Below are positions 1 to 14,378 of a stretch of DNA of 64,000 nucleotides, in pieces. Positions within the stretch are counted from its first letter, which is position 1. Every line of letters begins with the position of its first letter. The notes beneath the pieces are model-generated. The model saw only the letters and a program-made list of their open reading frames with translations. It had not been told where the DNA came from and ran no database searches. The stretch is from Hormiphora californensis. Lineage: Eukaryota > Animalia > Ctenophora. The stretch spans positions 4,774,001 through 4,838,000 of the forward strand of contig CM035360.1 of NCBI GenBank assembly GCA_020137815.1, in the 5' to 3' direction. The position numbers and the translations under genes are program-made.

Positions 1-2039
1 ATCGACCATAACAACAGTAACCAGGATGGCCGCAACCAAGGTGGCAATAGCACACAACATGACAGAACAGTAACTGGTGCACATCATGAGGGTTCCACAT
101 GTACCACTCTTTCGCTCATTGGGAGGGAGGTCGTCATTCACCTAGGAATGAGGGTGTTACAGATCTAGGAGATAACATCAGTAACAAGAATGGGTTTTAT
201 ATATATACTCAGATCTATCTCAGTTGAGATTCAATGGGGGGGGTGTTAGACCATGCCAGCCTATTGATAACACACTCACCCTACAACATCCCAGAATAGT
301 GGTGACAAGTCCAATAAGAATGGTAAGAAGAAGGAGAATAGCGAGAAGGAGCACAAACAGGAAGACTCCAAACAGGACGTATTTATAGGGCTCTGTTCCA
401 TACACCTCAATGCCATCAGGAACATCATCTAGTGTCTCTTGAGATGATGTCTTGAACATCATTACATCCCTGGAAAGGAGAAGTTAGAATGGGTGGCGTG
501 GTATCGGGTTGCCTGACACTTTGTCTGCCCTCTAAGTAAGTAATAATTCAACAAGGGATCGGGTTTACAAAGGTGATATATTTTTGGTGATATATGCTAC
601 TCCACTCTTTGAATTGTTCATACAAGGAAACAGTGTCAGATAGACTCAATCCACTCTTTGACAAGACACTACCAGTAACTAACATGACATGTTTAAACTT
701 ACTTGAAATACTGCATGACAGCATTAATGGTGGTGGAGGTATCACTTGTATATGTCTGAACATCAGATGAAGCGTTCCTTAGAGTCATCTGTACATCTTC
801 AGATATAATCTTCTCGAACTCTTCTTGTGCCAGATTTAGAGTTTTTTGGTAATCTGCGATGGGGAATATTATATATTGGTATCCTACGTTGGTATTTGAG
901 AGTGCTATTATTTGTTCATTTTACTGGTATTCCATACTCCTAGCACAGATATACCAAAATGTTAAAGATGAGCCAACATTTATATCTTGTAAATGTTCTA
1001 ACCCTCTAAACAGAGTCTAGCTAGGCAACATATATCTTACCAACGTCAGCAGTGGCGGCCTGCTCTTTGGTGGTAGAATCTAGGTTGTTCCACTGATCAT
1101 TCACAAATGTTGCCCATTCCCCAATTGTTTTACCATCAAACGTGGATATCTCACCAAGCTTCGTCTTGACATCGTCTATCTCATCTTGTTGTAACTGTGA
1201 GAGATAGTATGATGAAAATTTTAATTTTTCTTGAGCTTGGTAACTACCCCTCCCTTTTTCACGTGTAGCAGGAGATGGGCGGGAAATCTTTTCCGACAAA
1301 TCTTATGTCCATTTTATACTTCCTAAACCACCCGTTACCCTATGATTATTAATGTTCACTTACGTTATCGACAACGAATGTGACCTCAAACTGACTAGTA
1401 GGAATCACGTCACTACATGTCGTACTCGATTCACCAGCGTCACAAGCCTCAATGGCAGCCTTGCAGACAGCCAGGTATGTGTTGATGGTGTTTATATTGT
1501 CTGCTATGCTGTCTATACTGGTATCAAGGGCGTTAACCGTCGTGTTCACATCCGTCACCGCTGAGGAGGAGGAGGGAGTAGGGGTGTTAACATGGAATAA
1601 TGGGGGAGGGAGAGTAGGGGTGTATAATGGGGGGTGTTAACATTGAATAGTGTGAATGTTAACATTCATAGCAGGTACGTATTGAATTGAGTTTATAGTG
1701 GTACCCAAACAGTCTACTTACATCCATCAAGGGCGTTCAGCCCAGTCACTATCGTGTCTTTAGCGGTGGAGAGATTTGTGTTCCCCGTGATATTTGCAAC
1801 ACAGTTATCTACTGAATCTAAAGAGGGGAGTTTCATAGTAACCATGGTAACCATCACGATTCATGGTAACAAATGTTTAGATTTATCGAAACAGCAGTGA
1901 TCAAGTCTAGCCGTGCGTGTAGCGACTTACTGTTAACGAGTGGTGACAATTCTTGAACGAACCGGGGAAACTCGTCTGATTTCAGTGTTTCAAATTGCTA
2001 TTAGAGAAAGAGAGAGGAGTGTTATTAGTTGGTGAGAAG

Positions 2040-2123
<84 letters not shown>

Positions 2124-5100
2124 TGTTATTAGTTGGTGAGAGAGAGAGGAGTGTTATTTTCAGTTGACAGATGGAGATATCCCCCGGGATTTTGAATAAT
2201 TCCTTCTCTAACTATCTAGAATCATCTCCAGGAAATTCCCCTCTCACTATATCTTTCTCTCCTTTTCTCTCTCCCCTCTTACCGCATCGGTGTCATTCAA
2301 ATACTGGACCACATCATCACCAACACCATCAATTGTGTTCGTCGTAGCAGTCTGAAGAGTCATGAGTTCCTGCCCGGATACTATCAGTATGAGAACTCCC
2401 GCCCTGGCGAAATGGTCGGTTAGAAAGATCTCGAATATGTGGGGTGGTAGAGATGCTCCCTCCATCTCTATGATGACCCCTCAGAATTCAGATGAAAATA
2501 AACATGCATTAAATTTAACAATGTTAATAATCACTGATTATATTACCGGACCAGTAATTATGTTACCCACCATATGATTCGTAGACAAAAAAACGAAGAA
2601 AATCGTGTGAACCCCACAGATGTAGAGAGCTGGTGAGAGAGAGAGATATAAACCAGCTCGTTTTTTTGTCTACGAATCATATGGTGGGTAACATAATTAC
2701 TGGTCCAGTAATATAATCAGAGATTGTTAAATTTAATGCATGTTTATTTTCATTTGAGGGGTTTATCACTCATCGATCCTCCAGGTTCCTTCAAAATAGC
2801 GTGTGTGGGTGTGCGCGCATTTCGCGCGGAGAGTGGTGGGTTATTTTGTTGTCAATGCGCGTTACAACGCATCGGATTCAGTCAGTGTGTGTGTGGAAGG
2901 GGATCCGTTGTAAACGATCTGCGAACCATAACTGTCTCGTGACTCAGGAGCGCATGACGTAACAAGTCATTTCTCCCCCTCTCTCTCTCCCTCTCCTTAC
3001 ACGTTAGCAGCTAGCAAGATGAACATGATAGTCCCCCAGATCATTCTCCACATGGCCGCTGTATTGTGAATCTGCGGAACAAAAAGGAGGGGGTTAGGAG
3101 AAGAAAGGGGGATTATGAATCTGGGCGGGAGGCGGGGTGTACGAGGGGGGTATTAATTTACAGGATGGACCTCACGGTACTATTTAGACCATGCCTCATG
3201 GCATCCTAGATCCTACACCGACATAACAAGCTCATTACTCAATAGATCTCTCAATGTGTATTCAGTGTGAGTACGTCTCTCAGTACATCTCAATATAATG
3301 TCTAACAGGGTTGTTAACAACTTATAAAGTAAGTAACTCAGTAAGTAAGCTGTAAGTAACTTGTAGGCAAGTAAATAACTAACTAACTTAGTAAGTAAGT
3401 TGTCAACTAACGCCCTAACTTACGTACCCTCACAGACCGTCACAGAGCATGGAAAATAAAACACAGTGTGAGCTACACAACAGCAATGTATGCCCTGACT
3501 ACTTACAGCTTGAGACTTGTTTCCAAAGAGGCAACATGTCCAGGAACAGCAGAACCCAATGAAGAGAAAGATAAATAGGATAATACCTAATCCAACTGCT
3601 ATGACATGACCCGTATAATCCTCGGCGTATTTTTGACCCGCTTCTGAGGGGTCTAAGTCCTGAAACGAAAGGGATATTTCATATTATATACCTTATTACC
3701 GATATATAACGGAACCTCTAATTAACGAAATCGGTAAAAATTTCGTTAATTTTAGGTATCGTTAATTTAGGGTTCCGCTAAATTAATGTTCCTTTAATAA
3801 AAAATGCTGTTTTAGGGTTAAAAAACAAAAACAAGACATCGAATATAATGTTAACATTTCTACTTTTGGTTCTCTTAGTCTTCCTATTCAACATCATCAA
3901 TAGCTTCAACATTTTCAATTTGAGATATTAGTTCATTATCTGAATCAGAGCCATTCGTGGGCAAAAAATCTTGAATCATTCTAAGAAGAGATTTAAAATC
4001 GTCGACCATGTATACGGGTCTTAAAACAATACTTTTCAGTAATCATAGTTTGTAATGAGGCAAGCCCATGTTCTATCCATTTACAGTAAACAAGGACCTT
4101 AATTTCCAACCCTACCTGAACCAATGGTGACTGAAATGCGTGAGGGTCTTGAAAAACTGCCTCAAATTCACAACCGTGCTCAATTGCAAAGAAAATTATT
4201 CTTAATAATTCAATAGGAACATAATTACCATTTTAACCCAGTATTTGTGCTTTTTGTCAAAATTTGCTCATCCAAACCGATTTTCGTTAATTAAAGGTAC
4301 GTTAATTAAAGGTACGCTAATAGAAGGTTCCGTTATATATCGGTAATAAGGTAGTAGGATAACCAAAAACTCTTGCCTGGTATGGCCATTTTCCTGTTGG
4401 AGTCTGTATGTGATTCTGTATTAGATTCTGTATTTGATTCTGTATTTGATCCTAAATCTCCCCCCCCCCCCCCTATTGTGTGCCTCGTCCCTTATTTAGA
4501 TAATTTTATACAGTTTTTTTGTCGTTGAAGGCGCTGAGGTAGAGGGCGAACAAAAGAAGAGCGATTGAGAAAGAAACTACATGACTGGATCAATACGTAT
4601 TTAAATGTTATTTAAAGTACTTATAAGTAAATTATAGAAATATTATTTCTGATATTTGATCATAGTCTGAACAACTCAACTCTGTCTCATTCAAATTTAA
4701 ATCTTGACCTAATTGTCCTCTCCTCCTCTTCGCAAAGTGTGGCGTTGAACAATACAATTACACTACACCCCCCACACTCACATAGCACTTTGAAAGGCGA
4801 CCATTTAACATAACATCTACCACTCTGTCCATCACATCGGACACCATATGCAAGGCCCCATTCTTTTTTAATGTCAATATTTCCAAATCAATGTTTTAGC
4901 ACAATACAGGCTAGTAGACTTTACAAACATACAGTCTTTCCGTGTGTACTGTGTGTACACTGTACTGTGTGTATAACAACAGCAAGTCATGTTGTGATAT
5001 AGATCACATGTGTTGTGATTGTAAATAGTTTGTAATTTGATAATCATTAGAAAGAAGGAAATGACATGGAATGTTGGAAGTTGAGTAGACGTCGAGTAGA

Positions 5101-8100
5101 ACAACTGAATAGTGGATTAATTGTATCTGGCAAAACGGCCAATTATTGTACACATTCTATCTCATCATGATGAACTCTTTCCACTCGATCTATCTTCTCA
5201 GAGTGAGCTCTTATGAAACAAAATTATAAATGCGGTGTGAACCACACAACTCCATCTTTGACAAAAAGACAAAGAAGTCCTCCTTTTTCTCTCTGTCGAG
5301 GAGATAACCATGACTCAGCAACACATACTTGTTGGGTGGACCAAACTTGGTATAATTGAGAGAGAGAGGAGAGAGAGATGAGAGAGAGATAGAGAGAGAG
5401 AGAGAGAGCGATATAGAAGCGAGAACTAGGGGAACAATAAGAGAGGAGAGAGAAAGAGCGATAGAGATCATCGAGCGAGCTCAGAGATCCTAGCTCCTAT
5501 CTTTCTCGCGCATCTTCTCTACTTCTCTCTCTATCTCGTCTCATAGCTCGATCTCTCCTCTCTCCTCTCTCTTCGCTCTCTCTCTTCTCTCTCTCGCTTC
5601 TCCTCTCCTCTCTCTCCTTCTCGCTATCTCTCTCTCTCGCTCTCTCTTCTCTCTTCTCTTCGCTCTCTCTCTCTCTCTCGCTCTCTCTCTCTCGCTCTTC
5701 TCTCTCTCTCGCTCTCTCTCTCTCTCCTCCTCTCTCTCTCTTATCTCTTCTAACACCTGATTATGCTTTTCTGAACACCCCACATAACTAATGACCACCT
5801 CCCACTGACATTCTGCTGAAAAATAACATCGATTAGAAGCTTGGTACGACTGTCTGTATACCACTTCCATTATAATGGAACTATTATAGTTGTTGCTACA
5901 CTAGGTAACCATGGTAACTCATTACCTCACTTTCACTTACACATATTACACGCAAAATCTCTCTAGTTTTGTACATGGCGCCTTTAATATTCTCTCATAC
6001 TAATCTGTGCTTGTGAGTGACTCTGGAGAATGACGAAACTTTTAAACACGTTATGTTTGGGAAATACGTATTGCATTGATCGAAAGTGATTTCAGTTTTG
6101 GGAAGCCACGGATTAACACCACGGTCCAGTTGCTATACAAGGTGGCCCATAAATTATGAGGCCGGGGGACGAGCTGTACCTCCGAAACGGTGATAGTTGT
6201 GCAAAAACAAACTACGGGAACATGCTGGAACAATTCCTTGGTAACTTTTTGCAAATTTTGAGTTTTTTATTCAAAAGTTCATTTTTCATTCATGAACTAT
6301 TTACACGTTCATTAATGAATTAAGGACTCTAATTTACCGAGAGTGAGCCATTTTGTTTGGGTTGAATTTATCTTTCCAATGAGCACCATGAAAACCAAAC
6401 CAAACCAAACCAGGTCACATGGCAGTTGAGAAAATGCTCATGCATGATTTTGGCTCTTCCTGCGACTTTCAATCAGCTGTATCACGGCTACCTTTTGTTC
6501 AATCTTTTTAAAAATTTGGGTGAACATTGGATAAGCAAAGATCTTTGCTCACAAGAAAAATCAAGGTCAAAACTGAAAGTTCATTTTTGAGTTTTGGTAG
6601 TTCATTCCACTCATTCAGGAACCAACATCCCTAAAGTGATGAACAGTGATTGGTTTTGTTTGGCCCATACCCTGCGATGATAGAGATGTGTAAAAACACG
6701 TTTCCGGGCTAGTTAGTGGGTGTCCATGTGATCATGATGATATCTGACACCTCTTCTGAGCCATAATCAAGGGATTTTCTCAAATTCAAGCATGTGATTT
6801 GGGTTATCTGTGATTGGTATCGTGCAGCAATGTTGAGAGATCTCATAGCACCTCAAAAATTATGATTAGCTCAATGAAATGAGTTGATGTATGATAAAAG
6901 AGATTAAAACAGACGTCAAAATGAACTAAACTACCATTTTCGATCCAAAATCAACTCATTTCATTGAGCTAATCATAATTTTCGAGGTGCTATGAGATCT
7001 CTCAACATTGCTGCACGATACCAATCACAGATAACCCAAATCACATGCTTGAATTTGAGAAAATCCCTTGATTATGGCTCAGAAGAGGTGTCAGATATCA
7101 TCATGATCACATGGACACCCACTAACTAGCCCGGAAACGTGTTTTTACACCTCTCTATCATCGCAGGGTATGGGCCAGGCAAAACCAATCACTTTTCATC
7201 ACTTTAGGGATGTTGGTTCCTGAATGAGTGGAATGAACTACCAAAACTCAAAAATGAACTTTCGGTTTTGACCTTGATTTTTCTTGTGAGCAAAGATCTT
7301 TGCTTATCCAATGTTCACCCAAATTTTTAAAAAGATTGAACAAAAGGTAGCCGTGATACAGCTGATTGAAAGTCGCAGGAAGAGCCAAAATCATGCATGA
7401 GCATTTTCTCAACTGCCATGTGACCTGGTGCTTCAATTTGATTTTCATGGTGCTCATTGGAAAGATAAATTCAACCCAAACAAAATGGCTCACTCTCGGT
7501 AAATTAGAGTCCTTAATTCATTAATGAACGTGTAAATAGTTCATGAATGAAAAATGAACTTTTGAATAAAAAACTCAAAATTTGCAAAAAGTTACCAAGG
7601 AATTGTTCCAGCATGTTCCCGTAGTTTGTTTTTGCACAACTATCACCGTTTCGGAGGTACAGCTCGTCCCCCGGCCTCATAATTTATGGGCCACCTTGTA
7701 GTAACACAAATTACATGTCTGATATAAGACGTGTTAGGGATTCTAGAATGTGTATTGTGTAGGAGACTCGATTGGTTGCCATAGCAACTCCAAATTACTA
7801 ACGATAAGACGTTGGTAATATACCGCGAAGTCTGGGATAATAATGATATGACCTAGTTCTCTGGTTACCCTTCTAAACCCACCCCACCAGTCTCCCCCGA
7901 CTGGCAACGAACCTTCTAGAATAAACACGCTTTGTATTTTTGGACAAGTTACTGAACTTTAATTTACTGTAAACACTACAATCTACATGATGGCGTATAG
8001 ACCTATTGAACAAAAGGTAGCCGTGATACAGCTGATTGAAAGTCGCAGGAAGAGCCAAAATCATGCATGAGCATTTTCTCAACTGCCATGTGACCTGGTG

Positions 8101-11100
8101 CTTCAATTTGATTTTCATGGTGCTCATTGGAAAGATAAATTCAACCCAAACAAAATGGCTCACTCTCGGTAAATTAGAGTCCTTAATTCATTAATGAACG
8201 TGTAAATAGTTCATGAATGAAAAATGAACTTTTGAATAAAAAACTCAAAATTTGCAAAAAGTTACCAAGGAATTGTTCCAGCATGTTCCCGTAGTTTGTT
8301 TTTGCACAACTATCACCGTTTCGGAGGTACAGCTCGTCCCCCGGCCTCATAATTTATGGGCCACCTTGTAGTAACACAAATTACATGTCTGATATAAGAC
8401 GTGTTAGGGATTCTAGAATGTGTATTGTGTAGGAGACTCGATTGGTTGCCATAGCAACTCCAAATTACTAACGATAAGACGTTGGTAATATACCGCGAAG
8501 TCTGGGATAATAATGATATGACCTAGTTCTCTGGTTACCCTTCTAAACCCACCCCACCAGTCTCCCCCGACTGGCAACGAACCTTCTAGAATAAACACGC
8601 TTTGTATTTTTGGACAAGTTACTGAACTTTAATTTACTGTAAACACTACAATCTACATGATGGCGTATAGATATAGTTTAATGGTTTACACTCTAGACCC
8701 GGAAGTGTGTGTGTTTATAGTCTGTACCGTGTATTGTGCGTGTGAGATAGGACTATCTATAATACATGTACGTCGAATTATATACACAGTGGAGTGTGAG
8801 GGGATATATCATAATCATACTATTATTAAAGCAAATAGGGAAATGATGGGTGATGGTTTTTTTACCAAATATGGCACAAAATTCCTGGAAATGGCCTTTT
8901 GCACGTGTTGTCCCTAGAGGGACCCTGGCAACCTGCCAGCTTGAGCCTTAAACTGCACGTGCATCCTTGATTCATCTCTCTGCCGGTTGTGTGATTGATC
9001 GTTTGCTCGATTTGATCTGTTCACCCCCTGTTCACCACGTTTCGTGAACATGACTACTCAACTTCAACACAATCGCCAGCGAGTTTGGAGGAGCCATATG
9101 TCCCAAACTGGCGCTGACGCCTATAGACTACGTGATAGAATCCTACAAAAGAGGTGATTATTATTCAAAAAATGTTGTCAACACACGTAATAACAAAGTA
9201 TCAATGGCACTAATAAGAAATGGCAGTAATACGTGAAAGTATTTTGCAAATGTGCTCCTTCATAAAATACTTCAGGACCTGGCAAAAGAGGACCCGTGGT
9301 TTTTCTGTCGAAAGAATCGCTGTGGTTAATTTACCTGATAAATTTACTGATTTAAAAAATTTCAAATGATACTACACTATTTGCTTAGTTTACTGTATAG
9401 TGTATGACCATTGAACATCCCCGACATTCGCCCGTAGGGCGAGCGGGCTTACTAGTATAATCAAGATAGATAAACGATTCAATAGTTTGTTCCAAGAGGA
9501 GGTTACTCTTCTTCAATAGGGCGGAGGGCCAGCGGGTGATCTTCTTCTTCTTCTTCTCCTTCTAAAGAGTGCGCCTCATCAGGACTACTAACCCCCTAAT
9601 TTCGATTATTGGCTATTGCAGAAGTGGCGGGGTATCCAAAACTATTTTCCCCTATTTTCCTTGTTAACCCCCCCCCCCCATCACTTGTACATTATATACA
9701 TGCTCGGCTAGCATTTTCAACAAAGATAGAAACACTTCCAGGGTCTGCTAATATGTGGGGGGGGGGGGAGACCTTTGTTGTTTTTATGGCCAGTTACCAT
9801 GGCAACACCTGTATTTGTTACCATGGCAACTACTACATGCCGGTGTGAAACACACCTGTTATAACATACAGCTGCGACCTGTTAGGAATAAATTCACAAC
9901 TTGAGCTCCTTTTACCACTGTCTGTCTCATCTCTCATTTATTGCGTGAAACGAGCACGATCCGAATTATATTTGTGGACTGTCTAAACATCCAAAAGTGA
10001 GGTAGATACTTTTACTAGAGAGAGAGTAAGAAAGATATAACAAGAGTGAGTAAAATGGATCATGTCTTGATATATTTCTCAAGATTAAACCAGCTGGTAG
10101 TAGCTAGTTAAACTCTTCTCCTCTCAAGTTACAGGCGTTTTAGACAGGCATGTTTGCTGAATTAACATCTTAGAGCCACATTATATAACTTGCGGGAAAT
10201 ACCCTCATCTTCTCTCTCCTTCTCTCTTTTTTTCCTTCTCTCTTTCTCTCCCTCCCTTCTTTCGTCCAAGCTGTTTCTCAAGTGTGTAATGTTGCGGTAG
10301 TTGATACTTTGATACAATATCTACACAGAGTACACTCTCAAAACAAACAAGCCCTGTACACATTGCTAACCACATCCGACAGACAATGACAAATAGATGA
10401 TGTGTTTTGACAAACAAACATACAATATCAAGATTCAAGTTTCAAGTTTCAAAAATATGTAGACAAATACGGATAGACAAACAAACAGACAAACACAGTA
10501 CATGATTCGTTAAACACACAGTGAACTCTGGACTAGGTAAAACAAACACGAAATAGATCTACAGTCTCTCCAGTTCGTTAGATCAAATGGGGAGAATATT
10601 TAGGTGAGAGCCTGCTTGTGTAATGTTATTTAGGTAACCAAGGAAACCAAGGAATTTGACAAATTAGATGACAAGAGGGCTTTTGTATTCTCCGTTTGTT
10701 TGTTTGTTATAGACATCTTATATTAGGAACCTGGGATACTGAGTTCTCCCCCTCATCTTGGTCTACTCTGATAGTATGTTCATGCTAGCCTTGATGGAAA
10801 AATATAGGGGAGACCCCAGTAACTCAGTCTTACTCCAACCGACATACACGATACCCAGTGGTACCCTTGTATTCTCCGTAAATGATGGTTAATATTATTC
10901 TGAAATCGGATTGGGTTGAAAACACGATGACGACTATCCAAACTACAGTCGGACCCCGATTTACCGGGATGCTCGGGGGAAAGGGTTTTGCCCGGTAAAT
11001 CGGGGTTCCGGTAAATCGGGGCCCGGTAAATCGGGGTCCGACTGTAATACCCAATCTTGCCGTACCGTTTCTAGAAATTCTACTCAGAAGTACTGTATGA

Positions 11101-11741
11101 TAACAGCTTTGTCTGAAATTAGAGAATAGGGATTGTAGACGGAGAAAAAAGAGAAAGAAAAAGAGATATTATAAGTGAGATACACACACACAGTTAAAAT
11201 TGAGCCTCACTATTGAGTAGTGACATCACTGATATCATCGAATTATTTAGACTAGTGATCTCATGTACATTCTTACTACACTGTTATTACACGAGACGTG
11301 TGTTCGTCACGCATTGTGTACTGCCCATGAAATGTAATACAATTTAACTTTCCAAAATTTATAATGAATGCATTCATTTTAAATTCTAGAAAGAATTGTA
11401 CCATTCGAATGGGGTGTGTAGTACACACTGTGTACTGTGTTGGGTAGATGATTTGCGATTAGCAACACAATAAACATACAGCTTCTACCAGTTCTGTCGT
11501 GTGCTCTCCCTCCGTTTATAAAAAAAACAGGGATCTGGAAAATACTACGAGTGTTGCTCTCACTTGTATCAATGTCGAATCTCAAAACTCGAAACTTTAT
11601 AAAGATATTTGTCTCCAGATAAATATATTCTCACACGCGTCCTTGCCAATATAATATTCTCCTCCGCCCCGATCTTACTCGCTCTAAAAGCTTCTTTATA
11701 ACCGTCTCTTTCACACACAGAGAGAGAGTGAGAGAGAGAGG

Positions 11742-11773
<32 letters not shown>

Positions 11774-12879
11774 TTCTCTCTCCCCACTTCATTATGCATG
11801 TCATTTTACACCAGAGTCAGCCTCACTCTCCCTCATCCATCAGAAGAGAGCACTAGAACACAGAGTCTCAGAATAGTAAGCAAGACCTGGCTACCACATG
11901 TGTATTGTGACTTGTGTATCGGGGATTACACGTGTACAAATAATGGAGAGGAGGTATATTTCTCAATCCCAATTCTTGGGATGATAATAAGTGGGATGAT
12001 GAAAGGGAGGAGATGGAAGTGTGATATAAGGTGGCTGATAGTGCAGTGGAACATGTTACACTAATCAAGTGTTCGGGGATGCGATAAGAGAGAGAGGGAG
12101 GAGGAGATAGAGAGACAGAGTGATAGATAGAGATAGAATGAGAGAGGGAGAAGGAATAACATGTCTAGAAGCATCAGCTCTCTATCAATAGAATCGTGTA
12201 CTCAGTACTCATATATATCAGCTAATGGATTCACAAGCACATCTCATCACAAGACAGGAGAGGTATAGGGAGAGACAGGATGGAGGAGGACACACGTAAA
12301 TACTTCACACACCCGTGACCCAATATAACAATTATAGGCCGACCCCCACTACCATTGACCCCCTTTTTATAATAGTAAACAATGAATAATGATCCCAGTT
12401 ACATACCTGAAGTTCGTCAACAACTTTTGCATAATCTGAAAAAATAAACAAAGTTAGGTGGCCATATTGCTACTACATTTTGTTGAGTAAGGGTAAAGGG
12501 GTGAAAGAGACTCAACAAACTTGAAACTACACTTAGATTACCTGCAGTGCATAAAATATTAAGTACCTGTCAGTGTTTCCTTTTTAATGAGATTTGCTGC
12601 ATAGCTTCTTCCTATGTTTCGAATATCTTTGGATATCCGAGATCCATACTCGTGAACTTCGAAATCTGAGAAATAAATAAATTCATAAATAATATCATGA
12701 AATTTGGATTTGTACATCATTGTACATCATTGTACATCATTTGGATTTGTACATCATTATATATGGATCATTCAAATTAGGTATCTGATAAACTTACCAC
12801 CGGCTTTAGTTAAGTTAGTGTAAGAAACAGTGGTGGCTTGGGCCAAAAGGAATGCAAAACATGTCAAAAATAAATGCAT
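1..12879 (-). CDS. Prominin-like pentaspan membrane glycoprotein (3' part runs off the window start)
   Basis: Phase-consistent GT-AG exons: 12798-12879 (MHLFLTCFAFLLAQA signal peptide), 12567-12665, 12407-12435, 3507-3659 (TM1 + Cys cluster: HVIAVGLGIILFIFLFIGFCCSWTCC), 3001-3071 and 2283-2403 (TM2), 1931-1997, 1722-1817, 1364-1560, 1041-1194, 703-853 (large helical loop with Cys), 280-469 (TM3, LGCCR), 1-141 (TM4 after DDLPPNERKSGTCG). This topology and Cys pattern match the prominin/CD133 family. Confidence 0.8.
2471..2768. mobile_element. Hairpin MITE with ~110-bp inverted arms in a prominin intron
   Basis: ATGAAAATAAACATGCATTAAATTTAAC...CATATGATTCGTAGACAAAAAAACGA is mirrored at 2658-2762. 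Exact termini and TSD are unclear. Confidence 0.7.
3691..4351. mobile_element. Non-autonomous TIR element with TA TSD (Tc1/mariner/pogo-type)
   Basis: 27-bp TIR CCTTATTACCGATATATAACGGAACCT and its reverse complement at 4325-4351, TA on both sides, and subterminal CGTTAATT repeats at both ends. Confidence 0.85.
6138..7698. mobile_element. 1.56-kb foldback element, copy 1 (~750-bp inverted arms, ~60-bp spacer, TA TSD)
   Basis: TA|CAAGGTGGCCCATAAATTATG...CATAATTTATGGGCCACCTTG|TA. The arms are near-perfect reverse complements and no transposase ORF is present. Confidence 0.92.
7335..8671. repeat. 670-bp direct tandem duplication (7335-8001 / 8005-8671) of the foldback right end plus flank
   Basis: Identical ORFs 7743..7928 and 8413..8598 at offset 670. 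The two sequences look identical by eye. Confidence 0.9.
9428..9456 (+). mobile_element. Helitron-like 3' terminus
   Basis: GC-rich hairpin TCGCCC-GTA-GGGCGA followed 9 nt later by CTAG|T. The 5' end was not identified. Confidence 0.55.
10946..11044. mobile_element. 99-bp CAGTCGG MITE (TA TSD, pogo/Tc1-type)
   Basis: TA|CAGTCGGACCCCGATTTACCGG...CCGGTAAATCGGGGTCCGACTG|TA with internal ~15-bp CCCCGATTTACCGG repeats. Confidence 0.9.
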
Positions 12880-14378
12880 TTGATGATGATAATATATCTG
12901 TTGTTCTTGTTCTCTGTCCTCCTTACATAATCTGGAGATAAAAAGTTCAGGAAAATAAAGTCACATGAAAATGAAGGTTACTTGGAAAACACAGTGGTGC
13001 CACGTAACAGTCCGTCACCTATGTAATTATATTGGCCGCCTGTATAGCGCTGTCTACCATGAGGGCTACTACGTCTAAAGCGCACGACAAAAGCAATCAA
13101 AGTTAACGGACTGTGGAAGTCGTAGATCGCGTCTTACGCAATGCTTTATGCGGGGCAACCCTGAGCTGTGAGTAGAGGCCGGAATGATGTCTGATAGCGG
13201 CGCAGACCCAACGTCCAAATGATGTCTAAAACACATATCAATAATAATAATAATATCTAGACTTGTATCCTGCCCAGATCCCCCAGGGACAGCATAGCAT
13301 AGCTAATACTGCCACTGAGGGATAATCAGAGCAGTTTACTAACACACTCAACCAAAATTAGATCAAGAACATTTATTATCTAAAATCCTGTATTTTTCTT
13401 CAGACACTGGCCACTGCTACATTACCAATGGCTAATTAAGTTTTAGGGCTTAGGCACGAAGAAAAAAATAATTTTATCGAACGACCGTGAGGACTGAGGC
13501 GTGATTTGAAAAAAATCCCGATTTGTGAATTTGAGCTCCAATTTTTTGAGCTCCAAATCCCAAAATTTGTACGCGCGCGGCGACAAGTTTAATTTGCGCG
13601 CCACATATCGCATCGTAAAATATAAAAACTTGCGTGCGCTGAAATTTGGGCAGAATGACATACACGGAACATCTGAGGACATATTTAGGACACAATACAC
13701 ATTGGGGAGATGTTAGTCATCACTGGGAACATTGTTACGTCTTTTAGAAATAGGACCAAGAGTCAAACGGCATCATTTCGAATTTGAACTGGGTAGAAAC
13801 AACAATTTTGTAGAAATAACTTAACATTCTCGTCCAATTCTTTTTCAATCACTCTACAGTAACAAGGAACATCAACAAGAAACAATTGGCGACCGCGAAG
13901 GCCAAAGACCTAAAATCGGAAAATTAAGAGGCCAAAACTAACAGTAACACATGGAGAAATTTATACAAATTTACCCTGGGAAACGGTCATGTACACTGTA
14001 CAATGATGGTACAGCACATGAAAAGTACTTGGAATGTGACCGGTCACTCTGTGTGAGTACTGACACGTACCTCTCTCTCATATTTATCAATTAATTGAAA
14101 TTACACCTATATATGTATATGCTAAACACAAAAGAAAAACTTCCCACTTTCAACAATATTAATATTATTCACTCACTTTCTGCCACTCGTGTACAAATTT
14201 TGAGCGGTTGAGAAAAATAGGTGTAAACCTTTATATTCAATACTAAAAACTTGTTAAAAAGGGGCAGAATTATCAACACTGAAGAGAACTAATCACGGGG
14301 AGGGGACATATCAGTCTGTACACAGTTTCTAGAATCTGGGGGATATATATCTGGAAGTAATGTCGTGCAGTTTCACTG

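Noticed and set aside
5755-5815. Extra exon in the large prominin intron
   Set aside because: It has splice-like borders, but its length does not preserve the phase-0 junction and no partner exons were found.
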